Positions 1-10,081 of a DNA stretch of 64,000 bases are shown piece after piece. The DNA is from Puniceicoccaceae bacterium (lineage in GTDB: Bacteria; Verrucomicrobiota; Verrucomicrobiia; Opitutales; Oceanipulchritudinaceae). Made by a program: the position numbers and the translations under genes. The stretch is taken from the NCBI GenBank assembly GCA_040830765.1, contig JBFOMH010000019.1:32001-96000 (forward strand), written 5' to 3'. The notes under the pieces are model-generated. The model was given only the letters and a program-made list of their open reading frames with translations, was not told the origin of the DNA and ran no database searches. The number at the start of each line of letters is the position of its first letter. Position 1 is the stretch's first letter.

Positions 1-240
1 GAAGTAAATGGCCTCCATGGCCGGATCATCAGTGACCACCGTCAGGACGACATCGCAACTGGCAGTGACCTCGGAAAGCTTGGCCGCGGGGCAGGCACCA
101 ACCTCCTTGGCAATCTCCGCCGTCACCTCCGGCTGGATGTCAAATACCACCGCCACGTTGTATCCCTTGTCGTTGAGGCACCGGGCCATGTTACCTCCCA
201 TTCGGCCAAGGCCGACAAATCCAATTCGCTTATCCTTCAT
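1..240 (-). CDS. NAD(P)-dependent oxidoreductase, 3-hydroxyisobutyrate/6-phosphogluconate dehydrogenase family (N-terminal 80 aa; runs off window)
   Basis: Manual translation from ATG at 240: MKDKRIGFVGLGRMGGNMARCL...CDVVLTVVTDD, with the Rossmann GxGxMG motif. Not in the ORF track because it is truncated. Confidence 0.85.
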   Translation of the reverse strand, partial: MKDKRIGFVGLGRMGGNMARCLNDKGYNVAVVFDIQPEVTAEIAKEVGACPAAKLSEVTASCDVVLTVVTDDPAMEAIYF

Positions 241-274
241 AATGCAGGTTCCTCTTAAGATTTAGTGTTTAAAG

Positions 275-1123
275 TCAGTTGCTGATGAGTTCGTCCCACA
301 TAGCCTGAATGTCCTTGCCGAGGACAATCGTGTCCTGCCAGATATTCGGGAAGCAGCTCAGGTTGTACCCGATGGTTGTGCCCTGTTCAGGAACGACCCA
401 GAGCCGGTTGCCGGGACGCGGCCCATCGAGCCAGTGCTGCAGGCCCTGCCGGATGAAGGGGCGGCAAGCTTCGTATTCCGGTGAAAAATTCCCCTTCCCG
501 TCAGTGATTGGGATCATGCAGTGGTGCCCATTGAATGGGCGCACATGCCAGAGGGTGGACTGCTGGAAACAGGGGATATTCTCGAAGAGCCGGTCGATGT
601 AATTCTCCGGTACCAGGTGCTTCACCACGGCTGGATGCGAAAAATCAAAATTCACCCGCGGGTAGGTTCCCTTCACTTTCTTGTAGCCCTCGATAATGGC
701 ATAGGCCTTTTCCGGGGTCTCGGTACAAGTGTCACGGTGAACCTCGAGGTGCACTTCAGCACCCTGGCGCTCGGACTCCTCCATGAGGGCGATGGTCAGC
801 TCAATGGCTCGCTCAACCGGGGTATCGTGATCGGCCAACTGGCAATTGATTGGGCCATTGTCGATGGCCAGGCAATCAGCAATTCTCTCCGGCATCTGAT
901 CCGGGGTGGCAGCGTCAATGCCGCCCCCAAACCTCAGTCCAAACTCGGCCAGTCCTTCCTTTAAACCGGGATAACTGGCCGCACCACAATAGCTGTGGAA
1001 TCCTGCTTCCCTGATGGCCGCGAGGTGGTGCCGTAGCCCCGTTTCGGTGGTTGGGTCGGCCTCGTCAAAAAGAGACCAGGCCCCGACGTGAATCAATAAT
1101 TCGGGATTGGTGGAATTGCTCAT
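275..1123 (-). CDS. Xylose isomerase-like TIM-barrel protein (sugar-phosphate isomerase/epimerase-like)
   Basis: ORF 275..1129 with metal-site-like motifs LEVHRDT, NFDFSH and WHVR; ATG at 1123 preferred. Confidence 0.6.
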   Translation of the reverse strand: MSNSTNPELLIHVGAWSLFDEADPTTETGLRHHLAAIREAGFHSYCGAASYPGLKEGLAEFGLRFGGGIDAATPDQMPERIADCLAIDNGPINCQLADHDTPVERAIELTIALMEESERQGAEVHLEVHRDTCTETPEKAYAIIEGYKKVKGTYPRVNFDFSHPAVVKHLVPENYIDRLFENIPCFQQSTLWHVRPFNGHHCMIPITDGKGNFSPEYEACRPFIRQGLQHWLDGPRPGNRLWVVPEQGTTIGYNLSCFPNIWQDTIVLGKDIQAMWDELISN

Positions 1124-1287
1124 GTCCAATGGTCAAAGAGAGATTGAGAGAGGTACGGAGGATCACCAATAAAGCCCTTCAGGACAAGGATTTATCCCGG
1201 GAGATGAGATAATGAGAACTAAATTGTAGAATATGAGATGTTTAAAACGCGGTTGCAGGCGTGACGGGACTGGGCAATCTAGGGGTT

Positions 1288-2427
1288 ATGGACGATTCCC
1301 GGAATCCATCAGACCGTTATGCCCGGCAGGTCATCCTGCCAGGCATCGGTATGGAAGGACAGGAACGCCTGCGGCAGGCACGGGTCCTGCTTGTCGGACT
1401 GGGCGGCCTCGGCAGTCCAGCGGGGATGTACCTAGCTACCGCCGGGGTTGGTACCCTTGGACTGGCGGATCCGGACACGGTGGATGCATCCAATCTGCAC
1501 CGCCAGATCCTGCACCCGGAAAGCCACTTGGGCAGTTCCAAGATTGAAAGTGCCCGCAAGCGGTTACTGGAGCACAATGCGTCGCTGAAGGTTCAAATTA
1601 TTCCAGATGGCATCACGCCGCAGAATGCAGTGCAGGTGTTTGAGGACTATGACCTGATTATCGACGGCACCGACAACTTCCCCAGCCGCTACTTGATTAA
1701 TGATGCCGCCTGCCTGACAGGGAAACCGGTGGTCCACGGCAGTATTTTCCAGTACGAGGGACAAGTCACCCTCTTCCACCCCTCCGGAGGCTCACCCTGC
1801 TACCGTTGCCTGTTTCCGAGTCTACCGGACGCGGCGATGGTTCCCAACTGCGCGGAAGCGGGAGTTCTGGGCACGCTATGTGGCCTTATCGGTTCATGGC
1901 AGGCCGCCGAGGCCATCAAGTGGATCCTCGGGATCGGGGAACCGCTGGCTGGACGGATCAAGATTCTCGATATGCTCTCAGGCATCGACCGCATTGTGCA
2001 TCTGGATAAGGATCCTGATTGTCCGCTCTGTGGATCAAGTCCCACCATCCGGACAATTTGTAGTGAAAACTACCAGCTTCCTTCATGCCCCAAAGGCAGC
2101 CGGCTGGACCTGGAAATATCGGTAGCGGAGGCGGCCAGGATGATAAAGGAAGATCACCCTCCCCTGTTTCTCGATGTCCGCGAACCCCACGAACGGAAAA
2201 TCTGCAGACTGGAGAACGACCTCCACATACCGGCCGGGGAACTGGCGCGGTCCCAGGAAAATCTCCCCAGGGACCAACCCATCCTCATTTACTGCCACCG
2301 GGGTACCCGCAGTCTCTATGCAGCCCGGTTGCTCAGGGAAAACGGCTTTCCGGAGGTGCAAAGCCTCCATGGTGGCATCGACCAATGGGCCCGGGAGATC
2401 GATCCCGCAATGGCGCGCTACGGTTGA
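1288..2427 (+). CDS. moeB: Molybdopterin-synthase adenylyltransferase with C-terminal rhodanese domain (MoeB/MoeZ type)
   Basis: RYARQ, GLGGLGS, SNLHRQ, DGTDNF, CYRC and CPLC motifs; rhodanese tail LDVREPHE...YCHRGTRS...LHGGIDQW. Confidence 0.93.
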   Translation: MDDSRNPSDRYARQVILPGIGMEGQERLRQARVLLVGLGGLGSPAGMYLATAGVGTLGLADPDTVDASNLHRQILHPESHLGSSKIESARKRLLEHNASLKVQIIPDGITPQNAVQVFEDYDLIIDGTDNFPSRYLINDAACLTGKPVVHGSIFQYEGQVTLFHPSGGSPCYRCLFPSLPDAAMVPNCAEAGVLGTLCGLIGSWQAAEAIKWILGIGEPLAGRIKILDMLSGIDRIVHLDKDPDCPLCGSSPTIRTICSENYQLPSCPKGSRLDLEISVAEAARMIKEDHPPLFLDVREPHERKICRLENDLHIPAGELARSQENLPRDQPILIYCHRGTRSLYAARLLRENGFPEVQSLHGGIDQWAREIDPAMARYG

Positions 2428-2489
2428 TGAATTGGCCACAGGCTTGCCAGCCAAACGGAAACGATCACACTCCGACAACACGGAAAACC

Positions 2490-2978
2490 ATGAAAACAAC
2501 ACTGGACATTCTCAACATCTGGATATCACCGGGCCATGACTTCAGGGGCCACCACGGCAAGGAGCGCGGGGATCATGGTGTCGAGGCCAGGGAGTCCGTC
2601 CAATGCGTGGCCGGGCAAGGTATCGAGGGGGACCGCTATTTCGGCTACAAGGAAGACTTCAAGGGCCAGATAACCTTCATTTCGGCCGATGTGGCGGACC
2701 AGCTTCAGGAAGCGCTCGCCCTGCCGGACTTCGACCGCTCGGCGATGCGGCGCAACGTGCTGGTCTCGGGTGTTGATTTGAACACCTTGATTGGAAAACA
2801 ATTCCGGATTGGCGAAGTGGTTTTCCGCGGGAGTGAAGAGTGTTCGCCGTGTTACTGGATGGATGAAGCGGTTGGCAAGGGTGCCCACCAGTTCCTCAAG
2901 GGAAACGGCGGACTGCGGTGCCGTATCGAGTCAACAGGCAGGCTAAGCACAGGTAGCCACGAGTTGGAGATCCTTTAA
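2490..2978 (+). CDS. MOSC-domain protein (molybdenum cofactor sulfurase C-terminal-like)
   Basis: GIEGDRYF, RRNVLVSGVDLNTLIGKQFRIG, CSPCYWM and GGLRCRI motifs. ATG at 2490 lies inside ORF 2085..2978. Confidence 0.85.
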   Translation: MKTTLDILNIWISPGHDFRGHHGKERGDHGVEARESVQCVAGQGIEGDRYFGYKEDFKGQITFISADVADQLQEALALPDFDRSAMRRNVLVSGVDLNTLIGKQFRIGEVVFRGSEECSPCYWMDEAVGKGAHQFLKGNGGLRCRIESTGRLSTGSHELEIL

Positions 2979-2991
2979 CCGAAGGAAGCGG

Positions 2992-4185
2992 ATGCCTGAC
3001 CTGATTCCTGTTTCTGAAGCCTTGAGCCGGCTGGCGACCCTGGTCCAGCCAACAGGGATGGAACAATGCCCACTCGCCGAAGCGACCGGCAGACGCCTCA
3101 GCCAGCCCATCTTATCCGACCGTGACCTGCCGCCTTTCGATCGGGTCATGATGGACGGATATGCCATTCGCATCGCTGACCTGCAGGCCGGTTCCACCTT
3201 TAAGATCGCAGGCTCAGCGATGGCCGGTGAAGCACAGGCCACCCTGCCTGATGATCCGGGACATACCATGGAAGTCATGACCGGATGCCCGATGCCCATG
3301 GGAGCGGATACGGTCATTCCGGTTGAAGAAACCGCCACCGAAGACGGGATGATGCGCCTTGCGGATGAAGCTCATCCGGAACAAGGCCAGTTCATCCATC
3401 GGAAAGGTTCGGACTATCCGGCGGGAACCGAGCTGGTTACGGAAGGGACCACCCTTCGCTCTGTCGAAGTGGGCATCGCCGCCTCCTGCGGCTGCAAGGA
3501 AATTCCCGTAATCAGGCGACCGCGGATCGCCCTGTTCGGCACGGGTGATGAACTGGTCCCGGTTGAAGTCGAACCGCTGGATCACCAAATCCGCCAATCC
3601 AACCTGCATGCCCTCAAGGCGTGCCTCCCCGGGGACCTTGCCGAGATCAGGGAAGCAGGGCACCTCGCGGATACAGGAGCGGACCGGGCGAGGCGGTTGC
3701 ATGAGGCCATTGCCGCTTCCGACATAGTCATTCTTTCCGGAGCTGTTTCCAAAGGTCGTCTTGACTGGATTCCCGCTGCCTTGGACAGCTGCGGCAAAAA
3801 AGTCTTCCATGGGGTCAGCCAGCGCCCCGGCAAGCCAATGGGCGTCTGGCAGGCGGACAGCGGCTGTATTGTCTTCGCCCTTCCCGGCAACCCGGTCTCC
3901 ACACTCGTCTGTTCCCACCGCTACGTACTCCCCTTCCTCCGCGCCTGCCATGGCCTTGCCCCGGTGGAGGAAACGGTCGCCCTCGCGGAGCCATTTGATT
4001 TCGACAAACCACTGAACCTCTTCCTGCCTGTGAAATGCGTTGGTCCCGGAAAGGTCATTCCAAGGCCGATCAACAACTCGGGCGATTATGCCGGCCTGGC
4101 CGGGTCTGACGGATTTGTTGAGCTTCAGCAGGGTTCAAACCATTGGACAGCCGGCACGGAGGTCCCTTTATTCGAATGGAAATGA
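2992..4185 (+). CDS. moeA: Molybdopterin molybdotransferase
   Basis: PPFDRVMMDGYA, GADTVIPVE, TGDELV, QRPGKP and LPGNPVS motifs. Confidence 0.95.
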   Translation: MPDLIPVSEALSRLATLVQPTGMEQCPLAEATGRRLSQPILSDRDLPPFDRVMMDGYAIRIADLQAGSTFKIAGSAMAGEAQATLPDDPGHTMEVMTGCPMPMGADTVIPVEETATEDGMMRLADEAHPEQGQFIHRKGSDYPAGTELVTEGTTLRSVEVGIAASCGCKEIPVIRRPRIALFGTGDELVPVEVEPLDHQIRQSNLHALKACLPGDLAEIREAGHLADTGADRARRLHEAIAASDIVILSGAVSKGRLDWIPAALDSCGKKVFHGVSQRPGKPMGVWQADSGCIVFALPGNPVSTLVCSHRYVLPFLRACHGLAPVEETVALAEPFDFDKPLNLFLPVKCVGPGKVIPRPINNSGDYAGLAGSDGFVELQQGSNHWTAGTEVPLFEWK

Positions 4186-4670
4186 AAGACAGACCCCTCT
4201 CGCATCTCGATGATAAGGACCGGCCCCGCATGGTTGATGTCTCTGGCAAGGAGGTGACCCAGCGGACGGCAAAAGCGGAAGCCGTGGTCAAATTCCAGCC
4301 AGAGGCATGGGAAAAGCTGGAAGCGAGTGGCTTCACGACCAGCAAGGGATCAATTTTCGACGTTGCCCGCATCGCCGGGACCATGGCGGTCAAGCAGACA
4401 GCCAGCCTGATTCCCTTTTGTCACACCCTGCCCATTGATGGATGTTCCTTCGATATCGAACCGGTCAATGAAGAAGCGGCTATTCAGATCCGATGTGACG
4501 TCCGCTGCACGGCCAAAACCGGGGTCGAAATGGAAGCAATGACGGGGGTATCCGTTGCCGCCCTGACACTCTACGACATGACCAAGAGCCTGGGACTGGG
4601 AACGAGCATAACCAAGGTACAACTGATCAAGAAAACAGGAGGTAAATCCGACTATGGACGGGATCAGTGA
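4182..4670 (+). CDS. moaC: Cyclic pyranopterin monophosphate synthase
   Basis: LSHLD...MVDVSGK, LIPFCH, TGVEMEAM, YDMTK and KKTGGKS motifs; ATGA overlap with the moeA stop. Confidence 0.95.
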   Translation: MKDRPLSHLDDKDRPRMVDVSGKEVTQRTAKAEAVVKFQPEAWEKLEASGFTTSKGSIFDVARIAGTMAVKQTASLIPFCHTLPIDGCSFDIEPVNEEAAIQIRCDVRCTAKTGVEMEAMTGVSVAALTLYDMTKSLGLGTSITKVQLIKKTGGKSDYGRDQ

Positions 4671-5277
4671 CCACGTTCCCCTGTCCGCATTGGTCCTCGC
4701 TGGTGGAAAGAGCAGGCGCATGGGCATGGACAAGGCCAACCTGTGTTACAGCGACGACGGAATGCCACAGTGGAAGCGGATGACGGGAATCCTGGCACCT
4801 GTCTGCCAAAGGGCCTGCGTCTCCATCCGCCGGGAACAGGAACTCGACCAATTCGAGGAGGGAGATGCCGAACAGGTCGTCGATGGACCAGAAAGCAAAG
4901 GCCCCCTTTCTGGTATCCTGCAAGCAGCGGCTTTGTATCCCACATCTGCCTGGCTGGTCGTTGCCTGTGACTTGCCGCTGCTGGAATTCCCTGTCATCGA
5001 GCATCTTCTCCAGCACCGCGGCGATGCCCAGGCCGTTGCCTACAGGAGTTCGCATGACGGCTTGCCCGAGCCAATGTGCGCCATCTACGAAACGTCCTTT
5101 ATCCCGGTCCTGCAGGCAGCCTTGGACAATGACATGCGCTGTCCGAGAAAAATCCTCATCAACAATCCGGACCGTGTCCGCCTGCTCGAGTTGCCGGACG
5201 AGAAAGCGCTGGAAAACGCCAATACGCCAGAGGAATTCAGGCAATTGAAAGACCTCGCCCTGGCCAGAAACTCGTGA
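4654..5277 (+). CDS. mobA: Molybdenum cofactor guanylyltransferase
   Basis: LAGGKSRRMGMDKA, GPLSGI, VACDLP, EPMCAIY and NANTPEE motifs. Confidence 0.92.
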   Translation: MDGISDHVPLSALVLAGGKSRRMGMDKANLCYSDDGMPQWKRMTGILAPVCQRACVSIRREQELDQFEEGDAEQVVDGPESKGPLSGILQAAALYPTSAWLVVACDLPLLEFPVIEHLLQHRGDAQAVAYRSSHDGLPEPMCAIYETSFIPVLQAALDNDMRCPRKILINNPDRVRLLELPDEKALENANTPEEFRQLKDLALARNS

Positions 5278-5513
5278 AAATAACCATTTTATACTTTGCC
5301 AAGCTGAAGGCGGTCCGCGGTGTCTCGACGGAAACAATCGATACGCCGTGCCGGACCGTCGCAGAACTCTACAACAGCCTTGGCCTCGATGGTCCTTCCG
5401 GAATGCCACACACACAGGTCAAGCCAGCCGTCAACGAGCGGTTTTGCAATTTCAATACAGAACTAAGAGACGGGGACGTCGTTGCCTTCATGCCCCCCAT
5501 GTCAGGAGGATAA
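5274..5513 (+). CDS. moaD: Molybdopterin synthase sulfur carrier subunit
   Basis: 79 aa; ILYFA N-terminus, AVN motif and C-terminal PPMSGG; GTGA overlap with mobA. Confidence 0.93.
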   Translation: MKITILYFAKLKAVRGVSTETIDTPCRTVAELYNSLGLDGPSGMPHTQVKPAVNERFCNFNTELRDGDVVAFMPPMSGG

Positions 5514-5519
5514 CGGGAC

Positions 5520-5963
5520 ATGCTGTTTAGCCTGACAACCGGTCCGATTGATCCGCCTTCCTTGCAAAAGAAAATGCTCAGCAAGCAAGCCGGTGCCTAT
5601 TGCTCGTTCGAGGGCTGGGTGCGGGACCATCACCTGGGGCGCGGCGTGGTATCCCTTTACTATGAGGCCTATGAAGGGCTGGCACTGAAGGAGGGCGAGA
5701 GAATCCTCAAGGAAGCCCTGACCCGGTTCGACATCCTGGAAGCCGCTTCAGTCCATCGGACCGGTCCCCTGAAGCCAGGTGAACTCGCCATCTGGATTGG
5801 TGTTACCGCCGTTCATCGCGCGGCTGCCTTCGAGGCTTGCCAGTTCCTCATCGACACAATCAAGGACCAGGTACCGATCTGGAAACATGAGTTCTACACC
5901 GACGGGACGGACGAATGGGTCGATCCCACAGGTTGCTCCTGCAGCCGGTTTCACGAGCACTAA
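5520..5963 (+). CDS. moaE: Molybdopterin synthase catalytic subunit
   Basis: GAYCSFEGWVRDH, YEAY, HRTG, HRAAAF and IKDQVPIWKHE motifs. Confidence 0.95.
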   Translation: MLFSLTTGPIDPPSLQKKMLSKQAGAYCSFEGWVRDHHLGRGVVSLYYEAYEGLALKEGERILKEALTRFDILEAASVHRTGPLKPGELAIWIGVTAVHRAAAFEACQFLIDTIKDQVPIWKHEFYTDGTDEWVDPTGCSCSRFHEH

Positions 5964-6979
5964 TGGCCAGTCATCCCCCAGTCGATACATTGGGACGGGC
6001 CCTGCAGTCCCTCCGCATTTCCGTCACCGACCGCTGCAACCTGCGTTGCCAGTACTGCATGCCGGCGGAAATCTACGGTAAGGACTTCGCCTTCCTCCCC
6101 AAGCGTGAGATCCTCACCTTTGAGGAACTGCAGATGGTGGCCGCAGCTTTCGTCAAACTCGGTGTTCATCAAATCCGCGTCACCGGTGGTGAGCCGCTAT
6201 TGCGAAAGGACATCGCTGTCCTGATTAATCAACTACGGGACCTCGGGCCTGAAATCGACTTGTCCCTGACAACCAATGGGACCCGGCTCGGGCAGCTGGC
6301 CACCGCCCTGAAGAACGCCGGCCTCAACCGGGTCAATGTCAGCCTCGACTCCCTCGACCCGCAGACGGCCTCTACGCTTGCCGGACGCCCGGTCGAACCG
6401 GAACGGATATGGAAGAATATTCTCCATGCGCGTCAATCCGGACTTTCCGCCAAGGTCAATTGCGTCATCAAGAGAGGACTGAACGAGGATGCCGTCTTTC
6501 CTCTTGCAGAACGATGCCGGCAGGAAGGGATCACCCTCCGCTTCATTGAATTCATGGATGTTGGAACCACCAACGAATGGCACCAGAAGCAGGTCGTCAC
6601 TGGCCGGGAAGTCCTGGAAAAACTTTCCCAGCGCTGGCCGCTCCGCCCAGTCTCCAACCAATCCTTCACGGAAACGGCCCGGCGGTACCGCTATGAAGAT
6701 GGTGCGGGAGAAGTTGGATTCATTAACTCCATCAGTGAACCCTTCTGCCGTGGATGCAACCGGGCCCGCCTCTCAGCCGATGGAACCCTTTACACCTGCC
6801 TCTTCGCCAGCCGCGGTTGGCCGGTAAAGCGATGGATAAGGCAGGACGGGCTCTCTGCTGTTGGCCTGCAGGACCGCATTGCCGACTGCTGGGGAAGACG
6901 GGATGACCGATACTCTGAATTGCGAGGGGCCGGTGCCGAAACATCAGGGCGGCCGGAAATGTGGACCCTTGGGGGCTAA
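5963..6979 (+). CDS. moaA: GTP 3',8-cyclase (radical SAM)
   Basis: LRISVTDRCNLRCQYCMP, TGGEPLLR, second cluster FCRGCNRARLSADGTLYTC and C-terminal GG; TAATG overlap with moaE. Confidence 0.96.
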   Translation: MASHPPVDTLGRALQSLRISVTDRCNLRCQYCMPAEIYGKDFAFLPKREILTFEELQMVAAAFVKLGVHQIRVTGGEPLLRKDIAVLINQLRDLGPEIDLSLTTNGTRLGQLATALKNAGLNRVNVSLDSLDPQTASTLAGRPVEPERIWKNILHARQSGLSAKVNCVIKRGLNEDAVFPLAERCRQEGITLRFIEFMDVGTTNEWHQKQVVTGREVLEKLSQRWPLRPVSNQSFTETARRYRYEDGAGEVGFINSISEPFCRGCNRARLSADGTLYTCLFASRGWPVKRWIRQDGLSAVGLQDRIADCWGRRDDRYSELRGAGAETSGRPEMWTLGG

Positions 6980-7023
6980 TTTCGTTGCCGTCCGCGCTGA
7001 AACTTAAATGATAATCGCCACCG

Positions 7024-7830
7024 ATGGTCACCCCGGGTCAGGCAGTTCAGGTCAAGGAAGGCATCCGCCGGGATGTTGAAGATTCCCTTGTCGTGGAAGA
7101 ACCCCTACAAATCCGTATTAACGGGCGGCCCTTTTCCATCACCATGCGGACTCCCGGGGACGACGCGGAACTTGTCCGGGGCTTGCTCTACACTGAGGGA
7201 GTCGTCGACTTGCAGGGGCTTACCCAGGAAGTGGTGCTGGAAGAAAAGGATGGTTACACGGACGCATCCATACAGGTCCCGGAGGTTTACCTCTGTAGCG
7301 AATTGATGGAAAAGCGTTCCCTGGTCGCAAACGCCTCCTGTGGATTCTGCGGCAAGTCGGAAATTTCCGACCTGCGACTGCAGCAACCAAGGGTGAGCAC
7401 GCCACAAGCCTTGTCGGCCAACCTTATTCCCAGGTTTGGCCATGAAATGCGTTCCCGCCAAACCGGCTTTGAGGCGACGGGCGGGTGTCATGCCGCGGCC
7501 GCCTTCACGATCGAGGGCAAATTCCTCTCCCTCTATGAGGACATTGGTCGGCACAATGCAGTGGATAAGGTAATCGGTCGCCTTGTCGGGGAAGATCTTC
7601 TTGGTGCGGCGGCCATTCTTCAGGTCAGCGGACGGATCTCCTTTGAGATTGTCTCCAAGGCAGCCGCAGCGGGCATTCCCTTCCTCAGTGCCGTATCCGC
7701 CCCTTCCTCCCTCGCTGTCCAGTGGGCCGAACAGGCTGGCATCACCTTGGTGGCCTTTTGCCGGGAAAGCCGCTTCACCGTCTATGCCAACCGGCAAAAC
7801 ATTGATTTCGGAGAAACTGTGAATGGCTAA
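7024..7830 (+). CDS. fdhD: Formate dehydrogenase accessory sulfurtransferase
   Basis: EEPL, MRTPGDD, SCGFCGK, TGGCHAAA, EDIGRHNAVDK and SAPSSLA motifs. Confidence 0.95.
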   Translation: MVTPGQAVQVKEGIRRDVEDSLVVEEPLQIRINGRPFSITMRTPGDDAELVRGLLYTEGVVDLQGLTQEVVLEEKDGYTDASIQVPEVYLCSELMEKRSLVANASCGFCGKSEISDLRLQQPRVSTPQALSANLIPRFGHEMRSRQTGFEATGGCHAAAAFTIEGKFLSLYEDIGRHNAVDKVIGRLVGEDLLGAAAILQVSGRISFEIVSKAAAAGIPFLSAVSAPSSLAVQWAEQAGITLVAFCRESRFTVYANRQNIDFGETVNG

Positions 7831-10081
7831 AAGTGAGTCCTCCAAACCGGCTGGTGGCTGGCCTGCGCTTGCCTCGAGCATGAAAAAGATATTCGAGGCC
7901 AAGGACCTTGGCAAAACCACCAAGTCCCTCCTCCAGGTGAACCAACCCTCCGGCTTTGACTGTCCCGGTTGCGCCTGGCCGGACCCGAAGAACCCTTCCA
8001 TGGCCGAGTTCTGCGAAAATGGGGTCAAGGCAGTAGCTGCCGAAACGACTGGCAGGCGTGCAGATCGGCAGTTTTTCGCGAACCACAAGGTGGAGGACCT
8101 CTTGAAGGAGACCGCCTACTGGCTGGAATCCCAGGGAAGGCTCACTGAACCAATGGTATACGATGATGAGTCTGACACCTATCAACCCATTGCCTGGGAG
8201 GATGCTTTTGCCCTCATTGGCGGGGTCCTGAACGATCTGGAAAGTCCGGATGAAGCCGTCTTCTACACCTCCGGCCGGACCAGCAATGAGGCAGCCTTCC
8301 TCTACCAGCTTTTCGTCCGCATGTACGGGACCAACAACCTGCCGGACTGCTCCAACATGTGTCATGAGTCCAGCGGTCTGGCCATGAGCCAGGCCATCGG
8401 GATCGGTAAGGGGACAGTAGTCCTGGAGGACTTTGAAAAGGCGGATTTGATCCTTATCCTCGGCCAGAATCCGGGAACCAATCACCCACGGATGCTCACG
8501 GAGCTGCAGAAGGCCCGCCGAAGGGGTGCGCAGATCATCACCCTGAATCCACTTGTTGAAAAGGGTCTCGAATCATTTCTCCATCCCCAGCACCCGGGAG
8601 CCATGTTGACCAACCGGCCCTCGGCCATTTCCTCCGTGTATCTCCAGCCGCTAATCGGGGGCGACCTGGCAGCGCTGAAGGGCATGATCAAGTGGGTCCT
8701 TCACTTCGAGGCTTCCGCTCCCGGCAAGGTGCTTGATTGGGCATTTATCAAGGAACACTGCAGTGATTTCGATTCCTTCCGGGAAGATATCGAGGCCACC
8801 GGCTGGGAGACCATTGAGACGCAGTCCGGCCTTTCCAGGGAAGAACTGAGACGCGTAGCGGAAATTTACATACAATCCAAACGTGTCATCGCCTGCTGGG
8901 CCATGGGCCTGACCCAGCACAAGCATGCTGTTCCGACCATCCAGCATATCCTCAACCTGCTCTTCCTGCGTGGCAACATCGGGCGCGAAGGTGCCGGGGC
9001 CTGTCCCGTCCGGGGCCACAGCAACGTTCAGGGTGACCGGACCATGGGCATCTTTGAACGGCCATCAAAGGCATTCCTCGATCGCCTGCAGGAAGTGTTC
9101 CGCTTCAATCCGCCCCGTGAGCATGGGTATGATACCGTCGATGCCATCAACGCCATGCACAGGAGCGAGGCCAAAGTGTTTTTCGCCATGGGGGGGAATT
9201 TTGCCCGGGCCACGCCGGATTCGGACTATACCGAGGAGGCCCTGCGCAAGTGCCGCCTGACTGTCCATGTCACGACCAAGCTCAACCGCAGCCACATCAT
9301 CCACGGAAAACAAGCCCTCATCCTACCCTGCCTTGGGCGAACCGAGCTCGACATCCAGACCAGTGGCCCCCAGAGCGTCACTGTGGAGGATTCCATGAGC
9401 ATGGTCCATGCCTCCCGGGGCCGCCACAAGCCGGCCTCCGAGCAACTGCTCTCTGAGCCAGCGATCGTCGCCGGACTGGCCAAGGCCACCCTCGGCAAGG
9501 ACTCCCTGAAGTGGGATGACTGGATTGCTGATTACGATCTTATCCGGGACCTCATTGAAGAGGTCGTTCCGGGATTTGCCGATTTCAATAACCGCATCAA
9601 GGCACCGGGAGGATTCTATCTCGGCAACTCCGCCGGACAAAGGAAGTGGAACACCCGGGATGGCCGGGCCCGCTTCACGGTCGCTGACATCCCCGACCTG
9701 TCCCTGCCTGAAGGTGTTCTTCGCCTCATGACAATCCGTTCCCACGACCAGTACAACACTACCATTTACGGATTGGATGACCGTTACCGCAATGTTCGCA
9801 ATGAACGCCGCATCCTTTTCCTCAACCAAGGGGACATGAAAAACCAAGGCCTGCAGGAGGATGACATCGTCGACATCGTCAGCGTCTATGGCGACGGCAA
9901 GGAGCGGACTGCTCAAGGATTCAAGGTCCGGGCCTACAACATTCCAACCGGTTGCGCGGCGAGCTATTTCCCTGAGACCAATGTCCTCGTCAGTGTCGAC
10001 AGCATTGCCGAGGGCAGCCAGACGCCGGTCTCGAAATACATCCCGGTACGCCTGTCAAGGACCTCAGAGCGAAACACTTAG
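7823..10081 (+). CDS. FdhF/YdeP-family molybdopterin oxidoreductase
   Basis: GFDCPGCAWPD, EFCENGVKA, YTSGRTSNEAAFLYQLF, NNLPDCSNMCHESSG, RGHSNVQGDRTMGI and RSHDQYNTTIYG motifs. Confidence 0.93.
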   Translation: MAKSESSKPAGGWPALASSMKKIFEAKDLGKTTKSLLQVNQPSGFDCPGCAWPDPKNPSMAEFCENGVKAVAAETTGRRADRQFFANHKVEDLLKETAYWLESQGRLTEPMVYDDESDTYQPIAWEDAFALIGGVLNDLESPDEAVFYTSGRTSNEAAFLYQLFVRMYGTNNLPDCSNMCHESSGLAMSQAIGIGKGTVVLEDFEKADLILILGQNPGTNHPRMLTELQKARRRGAQIITLNPLVEKGLESFLHPQHPGAMLTNRPSAISSVYLQPLIGGDLAALKGMIKWVLHFEASAPGKVLDWAFIKEHCSDFDSFREDIEATGWETIETQSGLSREELRRVAEIYIQSKRVIACWAMGLTQHKHAVPTIQHILNLLFLRGNIGREGAGACPVRGHSNVQGDRTMGIFERPSKAFLDRLQEVFRFNPPREHGYDTVDAINAMHRSEAKVFFAMGGNFARATPDSDYTEEALRKCRLTVHVTTKLNRSHIIHGKQALILPCLGRTELDIQTSGPQSVTVEDSMSMVHASRGRHKPASEQLLSEPAIVAGLAKATLGKDSLKWDDWIADYDLIRDLIEEVVPGFADFNNRIKAPGGFYLGNSAGQRKWNTRDGRARFTVADIPDLSLPEGVLRLMTIRSHDQYNTTIYGLDDRYRNVRNERRILFLNQGDMKNQGLQEDDIVDIVSVYGDGKERTAQGFKVRAYNIPTGCAASYFPETNVLVSVDSIAEGSQTPVSKYIPVRLSRTSERNT

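Noticed and set aside
1130..1287. Possible Moco riboswitch upstream of the molybdopterin operon
   Set aside because: The divergent intergenic region is short and I could not identify a convincing multi-stem structure. An Rfam scan would settle it.
2085..2489. Long N-terminal extensions in the ORF track (MOSC from 2085; also sbtA from 13333, PepSY from 28532, arylsulfatase from 59101, xth from 47399)
   Set aside because: They overlap neighbouring genes. Downstream starts with an RBS or stop-start coupling match the domain boundaries.
7823..10081. Possible selenocysteine-containing formate dehydrogenase
   Set aside because: The ORF is uninterrupted with no in-frame TGA, and its motifs are of the Cys-type YdeP family.
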